DNA from: Pristiophorus japonicus
Taxonomy: Eukaryota
DNA: 64,000 nucleotides
Assembly: GCF_044704955.1 (NCBI RefSeq)
Contig: NC_091979.1
Span: forward strand, 15,314,001 to 15,378,000
Direction: 5' to 3'
Position 1 is the first letter of the stretch. Each line of letters opens with the position of its first letter. The position numbers and the translations under genes were made by a program. The notes below the pieces were generated by a model, which saw only the letters and a program-made list of their open reading frames with translations, was not told the origin of the DNA and did not search any database. Shown here piece by piece: positions 42,886 through 53,699 of this stretch.

Positions 42886-44156
42886 AATAAATATATAAGA
42901 CAGTCACTAATAAATCCAATAGGGAATTCAGAAGAAAATTCTTTACTGAGAGCGGTGAGAATGTGGAACTCGCTGCCATAGGGAGTGGTTGAGCCGAATA
43001 GCATAGATGCATTTAAGGGGAAGCTGGACAAACACATGAGGGAGAGGGGAATAGAATATATGCTGATGGGGGTGAGATGAAGTCGTGTGGGAGGATGCTC
43101 TTGTAGAATATAAACACCAACACAGCCAGTTTCTGTGTCTGTAAATTCTAAGTAAATCTAGAAGAACAATGGAGGACGCTGAAAAAATACATTCGGCTCA
43201 TCGAAGCCTGCACTCGACCCACTCCCTCGGACTCTCTGCTCCTCCCAGAGGTGAAGTGCCTAACCACAGCTCCCAACTGTGGCATGGCTGACTTCACAGT
43301 ATCATAGCAACAGTTCCAGGCAGGCGAAGATCTTCAGCCAGCTCGCCCACCCTGTATGCCATTCGCCGACAGGGAACCTGCTTAGTTCCATTTTGATGGT
43401 TTCTTGCTCCCGCACCCATGTCCGTAATAATCTGCTCCACATAATCACTGCAGAGATCCCGACCGTGAACATAACCGATCTCCCTTAGCCCCTCCCAAGG
43501 CTGCGACTGTCGAGATCGTGACTCCCCGGGCAGCAAGACTCCTGAGCCAGCCAAAATCAGCAGGATTTCACCGGTCCTACAGAACACTGCACCCCCCCCT
43601 TCACCCCTCTATGGCCAGACGATCGCCAGCCGGTCAATGCACAGCAGCCTGCGGGATATGTCGTGGTGCAGGAACCATCGCACTCTCGCCCCCAAACCAT
43701 CGCCACTAAAGCTCAATGCCTCGTTACCGACACACACAGCAACCCCTGGAATTAAAAATTCTCACCCTTCGGTGGAAATCCCTCCCTATCCCTGCAACCT
43801 CCTCCATCCCCACAGCCCTCCGACATCTCTGCATTCCTCCCAATTCTGGCCTCCTGTCCACACCCTCCCTTCACTTCCTTTGCTCCACCATTGGTGGTCA
43901 TTTTTTTCAGCCGCCTTGGCTCCCAGTTCTGGAATTTCCGCCCCTCTCTCTGCTCCTTAAAAATCTAACCTCTTTTGCCCAAGCTCTTGGCCACCCACCC
44001 TAATATTTCCTTAATGTGGCTCTCTTGTCAATTTTTTCTGTCTTCATTACACGCCTGTGAAACGCCTTTTTTAAAAAAAAATAAACGATGTTTAAGGCTC
44101 TGCGGTTTGTTGTACAAAAAAACCGAGCACGTCTGAATAAAGCCCTGCACACTCAC

Positions 44157-44159
44157 CAT
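44157..44159 (-). CDS. tuba: Alpha-tubulin gene B, exon 1 coding part (ATG only)
   Basis: Minus strand ataaccATG|gtgagt: good Kozak context and consensus donor, ~84 nt downstream of TATAAA. Confidence 0.92.
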
Positions 44160-44330
44160 GGTTATAGCTCTCCGATGGTGCGACCTTGAGGAATCGGCGA
44201 GGAAGATTTTTCAACAGACTGCAGGCTGCCTCCTTCACTGGATTTATAGCAACGCTGGAGACAAAGGCTTGCGAGAGGAACCGGGGGGCGGGCGGTTTGT
44301 TGGTAGCAACCAGCAGCGATCCGATTGTTT
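44160..44330 (-). promoter_or_regulatory. 5' UTR and core promoter of gene B
   Basis: TATAAA at 44243-44248 (minus), GC box ggggcgggcgg at ~44284-44295, local CpG enrichment. Confidence 0.8.
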
Positions 44331-44942
44331 ATGCAACCAGCCTTCTCCAGGAGACGGGGGGGGAGGCTCAAATTACCTGTCAACACAACGGACTTGCAGA
44401 GTTGGGCTCTTAGCGACAAGACGTTAAAACAGCATTTGCAAACACACAGAAGCTGGCCCAACAGGGAGGCTACTTTGTGTTTCTGTGCCCCCACCGAGCA
44501 TTCAGCTCCAGCGAGATTAATTGAAACTAGAATTTTATGCCTTTTGAGCACACTATCAGTGCTTCCTTTATTATTAACCCTTTGTGTAGAGTGGTGTTGC
44601 CAGCAGGGGTGGGGGGAACTGGTAGAATGCAAAAGGGAAAGAAAATAATTTGCTTTTGTATCATCATCATCGTCAGTCCGTCGGAGTATTTTACATAACA
44701 CCACTCCCTTTCCCAGGCAAGTGCAATACTGCGTCTGGGATCAGGAATGCATGTAACGGAATGGGCAGGGATGAGAAGGTGCAGTGTTCCCTCTAATTTT
44801 AATTTTGGTGCTCGGTCCCTTTAAATTTACTGCGCGGTTGCTGCGGATTCGCGGTCTCTTCCAGTGGAAGAGCGAGCTGCGCGGGATCTCCCGATGGCGG
44901 CGCGGCTGCACAGTTTAGGAAAAGAAAGGACTTGCATTTATA

Positions 44943-45248
44943 TCATAGGCAGACCCTCGGAATCAAGGAAGACTTGCTTACACTCTTAAAATGAGTCCTT
45001 AGGTGGCTGAATAGTCCAATACGAGAGCCACAGTCTCTGTCACAGGTGGGACAGATAGTCGTTGAGGGTAAGGGAGGATGGGACAGGTTTGCCGCATGCT
45101 CTTTCCGCTGCCTCCGCTTAATTTCTGCATGCTCTCAACGACGAGACTCGAGGTGCTCAGCGCCCTCCCGGATGCACTTCCTCCACTTAGGGCGGTCTTT
45201 GGCCAGGGACTCCCAGGTGTCGATGGCTTTGAGGGTATCCTTGTAATG
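44943..45248 (-). mobile_element. RTE 3' fragment inserted into the tail of a minus-strand DeuSINE
   Basis: gacttgcatttatat | RTE (rc) | ttatatagcacctttca; the DeuSINE continues to ~45470. Confidence 0.75.
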
Positions 45249-45825
45249 TTTATATAGCACCTTTCACTCAGGACTTTCTAAAGCGCTTTACAGCCAATGA
45301 AACACTTTTTGTAGTGTTGTCACTGTTGTAATGTGGGAAACGCGGCAGCCAATTTGCACACAGCAAGCTTCCACAAACAGCAATGTGTTAATGACCAGGT
45401 CATCTGTTTTAGTGATGGTGATTGAGGGGTAAATATTGGCCCCAGGACACCGGGGATAACTTCCCATCTCTTATAAAATCAAAATACAGCCGATGCTGGA
45501 ATCTGAAATAAAAACAGGAAATGCTGGAAATCTCAGCGGGTCAGGCAGCATCTGTGCAATGAAAAACAGAGTTAACGTTTCGGGTCGACAGACGACCCTG
45601 CTCTTATAGGGACAGGCGGAGGCCATTCAGCTCCTCAAATCTGTTCCACCATCCAATTAGATAATGGCGGCTCTATTTTAACTCCATAACCCTTAATACT
45701 CTTCAATCTGTATTAGTGATGTTGATTGAGGGATAAATATTGGCTAGGACAATATTTATCCAGCAATGCAATAATGAGCAGATAATCATGTTTATAGTGG
45801 CACACAAGAAAAATATTGCAGATGA

Positions 45826-45956
45826 NNNNNNNNNNNNNNNNNNNNNNNNNNNNNNNNNNNNNNNNNNNNNNNNNNNNNNNNNNNNNNNNNNNNNNNNNNN
45901 NNNNNNNNNNNNNNNNNNNNNNNNNNNNNNNNNNNNNNNNNNNNNNNNNNNNNNNN
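45826..45956. other. Run of N (gap/masked), 131 nt
   Basis: N characters. Confidence 0.95.
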
Positions 45957-46007
45957 GAGGTTCATGCAGCATTTGTGGAGAGAGAGAAATAGAATTTACG
46001 TTCCATC

Positions 46008-46805
46008 AGAAACATAGAAAATAGACGCAGGAGTAGGCCATTCGGCCCTTTGAGCCTGCACCACCATTCAATAAGATCATGACTGATCATTCACCTCAGT
46101 ACCCCTTTCTTGCTTTCTCTCCATACCCCTTGATCCCTTTAGCCGTAAGGGCCACATCCAACTCCCTCTTGAATATATCCAATGAACTGGCATCAACAAC
46201 TCTCTGCGGTAGGGAATTCCACAGGTTAACAACTCTCTGAGTGAAGAAGTTTCTCCTCATCTCAGTCCTAAATGGCTTACCCCTTATCCTTAGACTGTGT
46301 CCCCGGTTCTGGACTTCCCCAACATCGGGAACATTCTTCCTGCATCTAACCTGTCCAGTCCAGTCAGAATTTTACATGTTTCGATGATATCCCCTCTTAT
46401 CCTTCTAAACTCCAGTGAATACAGGCCCAGTTGATCCTGTCTCTCCTCCTATGTCAGTCCTGCCATCCCGGGAATCAGTCTGGTGAACCTTTGCTGCACT
46501 CCCTCAATAGCAAGAACGTCCTTCCTCAGATTAGGAGACAAAAACTGGACACAATATTCCAGGTGAAGCCTTACCAAGGCCCTGTACAACTGCAGTAAGA
46601 CCTCCCTACTCCTATACTCAAAACCCCTAGCTATGAAGGCCAACATGCCATTTGCCTTCTTCACCGCCTGCTTTACCTGTTTGCCAACTTTCAATGACTG
46701 ATGTACCATGACACCTAGGTCTCGTTGCACCTCCACTTTTCCTAATCTGCCGCCATTCAGATAATATTCTGTCTTCGTGTTTTTGCCCCCAAAGTGGATA
46801 ACCGC
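46008..46805 (-). mobile_element. CR1 3' fragment, same subfamily as 8290-9225 but unedited
   Basis: ORF 46449-46832 KANGMLAFIARGFEYRSREVLLQLYRALVR.HLEYCVQF; (tttctatg)n tail. Confidence 0.93.
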
Positions 46806-48144
46806 AGAACAAAGATGCTCGAGGTTTAGCACATTTTAAGCAAGTACAGAGCCAGGGAAATGAGTGGGGGGGGGGGGGGGGGGGGCGTCAGGGAGGGGGA
46901 GGGAATGAGAACAAAAGGGAAGGTCTGTGATAGGATGGAGGGCGTGAGTAATTAAATGACAAAAAGGGATAATGGCGCAAGGCAAAAGGAGGTGAAAATG
47001 TGAACAATTATTTTTCTGACTGGAGGAAGTTACACAGTGATGTTCCCCAGGGGTCGATACTAGGACCACTACTTTTCTTGATATATATTAATGACTTAGA
47101 CTTGTATACATGGCATCATTTCAAAATTTGCAGATGACACAAAACTTGCAAGTACTGCATAGTGAACAGTGAGGAGGATAGTGGTAAACTTCAAGAAGAC
47201 ACAGACAGGCTGGTGGAATGGGTGAACACGTGGCAGATGAAATTTAACGCAGAAAAGTGCAAGTCATACATTTTGGTAGGAAGAACTAGAGGTAATATAA
47301 ACTAAAGTGTACAATTTTAAGGGGGTGCAGGAATAGAAAGATGCTCGAGGGGGTACATGTGCACAAATCGTTGAAGGTGGCAGGGCAGGTTGAAAAAGTG
47401 GTTAAAAAAGCATATGGAATCCTGGGCTTCATAAATAGAGGCATAGAGCACAAAAGCAAGGAAGTTATGATGAACCTTTATAAAACACTGGTTTGACCAC
47501 AACTGGAGTACTGTGTCCAATTCTGGGCTCCTCTGGACCCATCTTTTGTTTATTTACATAGAATCATAGAGTGGTTACAAAGGAGCCATTCAGCCCATCG
47601 AGCCTGTGTGAGCTCTCTGCAAAAGCACTTCAATTACTCCCCCGTCTTTTCCCCATAGCCCTGCACATTTTTTCCTTCAGGTACTTATCCAGCTCCCTTT
47701 TGAAAGCCACGATTGACTCTGCCTCCACCACCCTCTCAGGTAGTGCATTCCAGATTCTAACCATTCGCTGCGTAAAAAAGTTTTTTCTCATGTCGCCTTT
47801 GGTTCTTCTGCCAATCACCTTAAATCAGTGTCCTCTGGTTCTCGACACTTCCTCCAATGGGAACAATCTCTATCTACCCAGTCTCGACCACTCATGATTT
47901 TGAACACCTCTAACAAATCTCCGCTCAATCTTCTCTGCTCTAAGAAGAAGAACCCCAGCTTCACCAGTCTATCCACGACGTTCCTCATCCCTGGAACCAT
48001 TCCTGTAAATGTTTTCTACACCTTTTCTAAGGCCTTCACATCCTTACTAAAGTGCGATGCCCAGAATTGGACACAATACTCCAGTTGAGGCCGAACCAGT
48101 GTTTTATACAGGTTCATCATAACTTCCTTGCTTTTGTACGCTAT

Positions 48145-49604
48145 GGGCTAGAGATTCAATGCATTTGCACCTCTCGTTGGGGGCGCTAACCGGGCGCAAA
48201 TGCGTTATGGACCGGGCGCGGCGCTGTTAACGATTCCCGCCATAGTGGACGGGAGTTTAGCGGCGGTGCTACAGCTTTGCACCCTGATCTTCTGAGCCCG
48301 GAGATCATGACATCATCATTAGCGCCCCCGCCCCGAAATTCACTTTTGCCGCCTGCAGCAGCACTGGCCCAAAAACCCCAGCAGCTGCAGGAGGCGTGGA
48401 TCGAGCGGGGGTCCGCTACCCAGGCGATAAAGGCAAGGTGGCCGATGGAAATGAGAAAAAACAAATGACCTCGTTGTTCGCGGTGCTGCTCCGTTTTCAT
48501 CGCGGGTCGCTGGCCGTGATCGCTCAACCCGGCTCTCTGCTCGAGTGCTGGGCTGATCGCGCGGCGCCCCCGCTCCCCGGTGGTCCAGGTAAATCCCTCT
48601 TTACTTTGCAGAGTCAGCAGCGTGGGCCCTTCCCTTTAAGTGAGGGAAGAGCCCCTCGGACGCGGCAGTGCTGTGCGGTCCAGTGCGCAGCGCTGCTGAG
48701 GCATCCGACCTGTTAGCGCTCCAAGAAGGAACTTTTCTCCACCATCTGGAACGGGGTTCCCGGCGTGGCTACGCGTCTGTCAGTCTGCGCGGCTCCTGGC
48801 CTGCGAATATCATCGGAGCAGGCCGGGGAGCGGAAGGTGCAGTGTGGCGGCCTGGCCCAGTAGGCTGAGCGGCCCTCGGCCTGCGAGCACCATTGGAGCA
48901 GGCCGGGGAGCGGAAGGAGCAGCATGGTGGCCTGGTCCAGCAGGCTGAGTGGCCCCCGGCCTGCGAGCACCATCGGAGCAGGCCGGGGAGCGGAAGGATC
49001 AGCATGGCGGCGTACCACTCCAGGGAGCAGCACGTGCTGGAGCAGGAGAGCAACGGCAGCGAAGAGGACGATTGGATTAAACGTCATCAAGGTCCAGGTC
49101 GCTGATTGGAGTGTGGGCAGGTACTGCAGGAGCGGCGAGGTCGGGGCAAAGGAGCGGGGAGAGAATGTAGAGGGATGTGATCGCGGCCCAGGAGAGGCGT
49201 GAGTTCGGGACCCAGAAGAAGGGAGGGCCCAGGGGCAGCACGGGCCAGCCCACACTGCGATATGTGTGCGCACTAGGTCCATGCAGCAGAGCTGGTCTCC
49301 AGTTGTCTTGGATAACCCTTGCCACTGGACCAAGACCTAGCTCTGTCAAGCCCGTGTGGTGGCTGATGTGCAACGGTCACCCCACGTTAAAAAAATCCAC
49401 GCACAGGCATCAGGTCCTTCATTGAAATACCTGTGAACTTTTTGGCGTGGAAGCAAGTCATCCTCAACTCGAGGGGCTGCCACTTCCTTCCAGGGGTGGA
49501 AACCCGAATTTTTTGAGAGGGGCAAATCGTCAGTGCCTGGCGCTAATTCTCGCTTCTCCCCACAGTTACCGCCCCCAAACAGGGCGATAATGAATTTCAC
49601 CCCC
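48145..49604. mobile_element. Non-autonomous DNA element with 3-bp TSD (Harbinger-like), containing an RTE-tailed SINE
   Basis: CR1 host ...gtacgctat|...|tatgcctctattt with TSD TAT; imperfect TIRs gggctagagattca / tgaatttcaccccc. Confidence 0.72.
48690..49480 (+). mobile_element. Longest copy of the RTE-tailed SINE-like family, with 80-bp tandem repeats in its 5' part
   Basis: ggagcaggccggggagcggaagg recurs at 48815, 48895 and 48975; the 3' half matches 27425-27860 (rc). 5' boundary approximate. Confidence 0.75.
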
Positions 49605-49676
49605 TATGCCTCTATTTATGAAGACCACGATCCCGTATGATTTTTTAACCTCTTTCTCAACCTGCCCTGCCACCTT

Positions 49677-51918
49677 CATAAGAACATAAGAATTAGGAAC
49701 AGGAGTAGGCCATCTAGCCCCTCGAGCCTGCTCCGCCATTCAACAAGAATATTGGCTGATCTGGCCGTGGAGTCAGCTCCACTTACCCGCCCGCTCCCCG
49801 TAACCCTTAATTCCCTTATTGGTTGAAAATCTATCTATCTGTGATTTGCATACATTCAATGAGCTAGCCTCAACTGCTTCCTTGGGAGAGAATTCCACAG
49901 ATTCACAACCCTCTGGGAGAAGAAATTCCTTCTCAACTCGGTTTTAAATTGGCTCCCCCGTATTTTGAGGCTGTGCCCCCTCGTTCTAGTCTCCCCGACC
50001 AGTGGAAACAACCTCTCTGCCTCTATCTTGTCTATCCCTTTCATTATTTTAAATGTTTCTATAAGATCACCCCTCATCCTTCTGAACTCCAACGAATAAA
50101 GACCCAAACTATCATCATAAGGTAACCCTCTCATCTCCGGAATCAGCCTAGTGAATCGTCTCTGTACCCCCTCCAAAGCTAGTATATCCTTCCTTAAGTA
50201 AGGTGACCAAAACTGCACGCAGTACTCCAGGTGCGGCCTCACCAATACCTTATACAGTTGCAGCAGGACCTCCCTGCTTTTGTACTCCATCCCTCTCGCA
50301 ATGAAGGCCAATATTCCATTCGCCTTCCTGATTACCTGCTGCACCTGCAAACTAACTTTTTGGGATTCATGCACAAGGACCCCCAGGTCCCTCTGCACCG
50401 CAGCATGTTGTAATTTCCCCCCATTCAAATAATATTCCCTTTTACTGTTTTTTTTTCCAAGGTGGATGACCTCACATTTTCCGACATTGTATTCCATCTG
50501 CCAAACCTTAGCCCATTCGCTTAACCTATCTAAATCTCTTTGCAGCCTCTCTGTGTCCTCTACACAACCCGCTTTCCCACTAATCTTTGTGTCATCTGCA
50601 AATTTTGTCCCCTCTTCCAGGTCATCTATGTATATTGTAAACAGTTGTGGTCCCAGCACCGATCCCTGCGGCATACCACTAACCACCGATTTCCAACCCG
50701 AAAAGGACCCATTTATCCCGACTCTCTGCTTTTTGTTAGCCAGCCAATTCTCTATCCATGCTAATACATTTCCTCTGACTCCGCGTACCTTTATCTTCTG
50801 CAGTAACCTTTTGTGTGGCACCTTATCGAATGCCTTTTGGAAATGTAAATACATCACATCCATCGGTACACCTCTATCCACCATGCTCGTTATATACTCA
50901 AAGAATTAGTTAAACATGATTTCCCCTTCATGAATCCATGTTGCGTCTGCTTGATTACACTATTCCTATCTAGATGTCCCGCTATTTCTTCCTTAATGAT
51001 AGCTTCAAGCATTTTCCCCACTACAGATGTTAAACTAACCAGCCTATAGTTACCTGCCTTTTGTCTGCCCCCTTTTTTAAACAGAGACGTTACATTAGCT
51101 GCTTTCCAATCCGCTGATACCTCCCCAGAGTCCAGAGAATTTTGGTAGATTATAACAAATGCATCTGCTATAACTTCCGCCATCTCTTTTAATACCCTGG
51201 GATGCATTTCATCCGGACCAGGGGACTTGTCTACCTTGAGTCCCATTAGCCTGTCCAGCACGACCCCCCTAGTGATAGTGATTATCTCAAGGTCCTCCCT
51301 TCCCACATTCCCGTGACCAGCAATTTTTGGCATGGTTTTTGTGTCTTCCACTGTGAAGACCGAAGCAAAATAATTTTTTAAGGTCTCAACCATTTCCACA
51401 TTTCCCATTATTAAATCCCCCTTCTCATCTTCTAAGGGACCAACATTTACTTTAGTCACTCTTTTCCGTTTTATATATCGGTAAAAGCTTTTACTATCTG
51501 TTTTTATGTTTTGCGCAAGTTTACTTTCGTAATCTATCTTTCCTTTCTTTATTGCTTTCTTAGTCATTCTTTGCTGTCGTTTAAAATTTTCCCAATCTTC
51601 TAGTTTCCCACTAGGTGGCCAAGGTTAGTGGGAAACTAGAGGATTGGGAAAATTTCCTTGGTTATCCACGGCTGGTTATCCCTTCTCTTACCGCTCTTCT
51701 TTTTCACTGGAATATATTTTTGTTGAGCACTATGAAAGAGCTCCTTAAAAGTCCTCCACTGTTCCTCAACTGTACCACCGTTTAGTCTGTGTTTCCAGTC
51801 CACTTTAGCCAACTCTGCCCTCATCCCACTGTAGTCCCCTTTGTTTAAGCATAGTACGCTCGTTTGAGACACTACTTCCTCACCCTCAATCTGTATTACA
51901 AATTCAACCATACTGTGA
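49677..51918 (-). mobile_element. Young CR1 LINE, ~2.2 kb, near-identical sister of 24347-27227
   Basis: ORFs 49856-50884, 50890-51567 and 51636-51962 (RT domain). Inserted into an older CR1. Confidence 0.96.
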
Positions 51919-52098
51919 TTTGTGCACATATACCCCCAGGTCTCTCTGTTCCTGCACCCCATTTAGAATTGTACTCTTTAGTTTATATTGTCTCTCCTCG
52001 TTCAAGCTACCAAAATGTATCAGTTCGCACTTTTCTGCATTAAATTTCATCTGCCACGTGTCCGTCCATTCCACCAGCCTGTCTATGTCCTCTTGAAG

Positions 52099-52540
52099 GT
52101 GTCAGCTGTGGCTCAGTGAGTAGCACTCTCGCTTCTGAGTCAGAAGGTTGTGGGTTCAAAGTCCCAATCCAGGGACATGAGCACAAAAATCCAGGGAGCA
52201 CTGCACTGTTGGCGGTGCTGTCTTTCGGATGAGATGTTAAACCGAGGTCCCCGTCTGCTCTCTCAGGTGGACGTAAAAGATCCTATGGCACTATTTCGAA
52301 GAAGAGCAGGGGAGTTCTCCCTGATGTCCTGGCCAATATTTATCCCTCAATCAACATAACAAAAAAGAGTATTGAGTCATTATCACAGTGCTGTTTGTGG
52401 GAGCTTGCTGTGTGCAAATTGGCTGCTGCATTTCCCCCATTACAACACTGACTACACTCCAAAAGTACTTAATTGGCTGTAAAGCGCTTTAGGATGTCCT
52501 GAGGTCGTGAAAGACGCTGTATAAATCCATCTTTTTTTTT
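52099..52540 (+). mobile_element. Near full-length tRNA-headed DeuSINE (SacSINE1-like)
   Basis: A box TGGCTCAGTGAG, B box GGTTCAAAGTCC, Deu-domain, L2-like tail aagcgctttaggatgtcctgaggtcgtgaaagacgctgtataaat. Confidence 0.88.
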
Positions 52541-52689
52541 GAGGTCCATAACTCAGCTCCTCAAGGCTGACTCGACTTCCAATTTTATTGTCATCTGCAA
52601 ATTTTGAAATAGTGCCCTGTGCACTTGGCGGAGCAACTCCGCAAGCGAGACCCTGAGTTTACGATCGACGGTTACTTTAATTCTCCGGA

Positions 52690-53065
52690 ACACTCCCACA
52701 TTAGACCTCTCTGTTCTCGGCCTCCTATACTGTTCCAATGAAGCTCAACGTAAGCTTGAGGAACAGCACCTCATCTTTCTATTAGCCACTTTACAGCTTT
52801 CCGAACATTGAGTTCAACAATTTCAGATCATAACCTCTGCCCCCATCATTTTGGACGAAAGCTGCTGCTGATGATTCTAATATTCCCATTTACATCTCCA
52901 GACCCATCTTTTGTTTCTTTACTTGTACCATTACCATCTTCTTTCGCCTCGCACCATCATCCTTTTTCTGATTTAATCACTCCTGCCTTCCACCCTATCG
53001 CAGACTTTCCCTCTTGTTCTTTCCTGCCTCTGTACTTGCTTAACACCTGTTACATCTCTCTTCCT
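52690..53065 (+). mobile_element. Penelope-like element 3' fragment
   Basis: Encodes DLSVLGLLYCSNEAQRKLEEQHLIF.L.TLQ, resembling the end of a PLE GIY-YIG domain. A related inverted piece lies at ~20150-20725. Confidence 0.65.
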
Positions 53066-53477
53066 TCCTCTCAGGCAGTCCCCCGGAGTCGAGGATGATT
53101 TGTTTCCACACTAAAATGAGTTTGAAGGTGACTGCTGAGACCAATGCGGGATCTACAGTCTCTGTCACAGGTGGGGCAGACAGTGGTTGGAGGGACGGGT
53201 GGGTGGGGTGTTTGGATTGTCGTGCGCTCCTTCCGCTGTTTGTACTTGGCTTCTGCGTGCTCCCGGCGAAGAGTCTTGGCGCCTTCCCAGATGCTTTTCC
53301 TCCACTTTGAGCGATCTTGGGCCAGGGATTCCCAAGAGTCGGTGGGGATGTTACATTTTTCAAGGAGGCCTTGAGGGTGTCCTTGAAGCGTTTTCTCTGC
53401 CTTCGTGGGACTCGCTTGCCGTGACATAGCTCGGAGTAGAGTGCTTGTTTTGGGAGTCTTGTATCGGGCATGCAGAC

Positions 53478-53688
53478 AGTAGTGTATCTGTAAAGCATGC
53501 ACTCCCATGTTCTGCCACCAGGGAGCGTATCCCCTGAAGTCCCAAGGGATCCCAACATCCCTTGGGAGCACCGTATATAAGCCGACCCATAAGGCCAGTT
53601 CCTCACTCTGGAGTGTCTTAATAAAGACTGAGGTCACTGTTACTTTGACCTCCCTGTGTGCAGTCTCGTCTGTGTTAGGAACACAATA
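53478..53688 (+). repeat. 5' LTR
   Basis: Direct repeat of 57755-57962 containing TATATAA and AATAAA. Confidence 0.93.
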
Positions 53689-53699
53689 ACTGGCGACGA

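Noticed and set aside
48815-49010. CRISPR-like array (also 61479-61688)
   Set aside because: Eukaryotic context; these are whole-unit tandem repeats without unique spacers or cas genes.
49350-49410. Pistol- or HDV-type ribozyme in the SINE hairpin
   Set aside because: A hairpin plus A-rich linker is present, but I could not find the remaining helices or catalytic motifs by eye.
52108-52175. tRNA gene
   Set aside because: The A/B boxes belong to the SINE head and continue directly into the Deu-domain.
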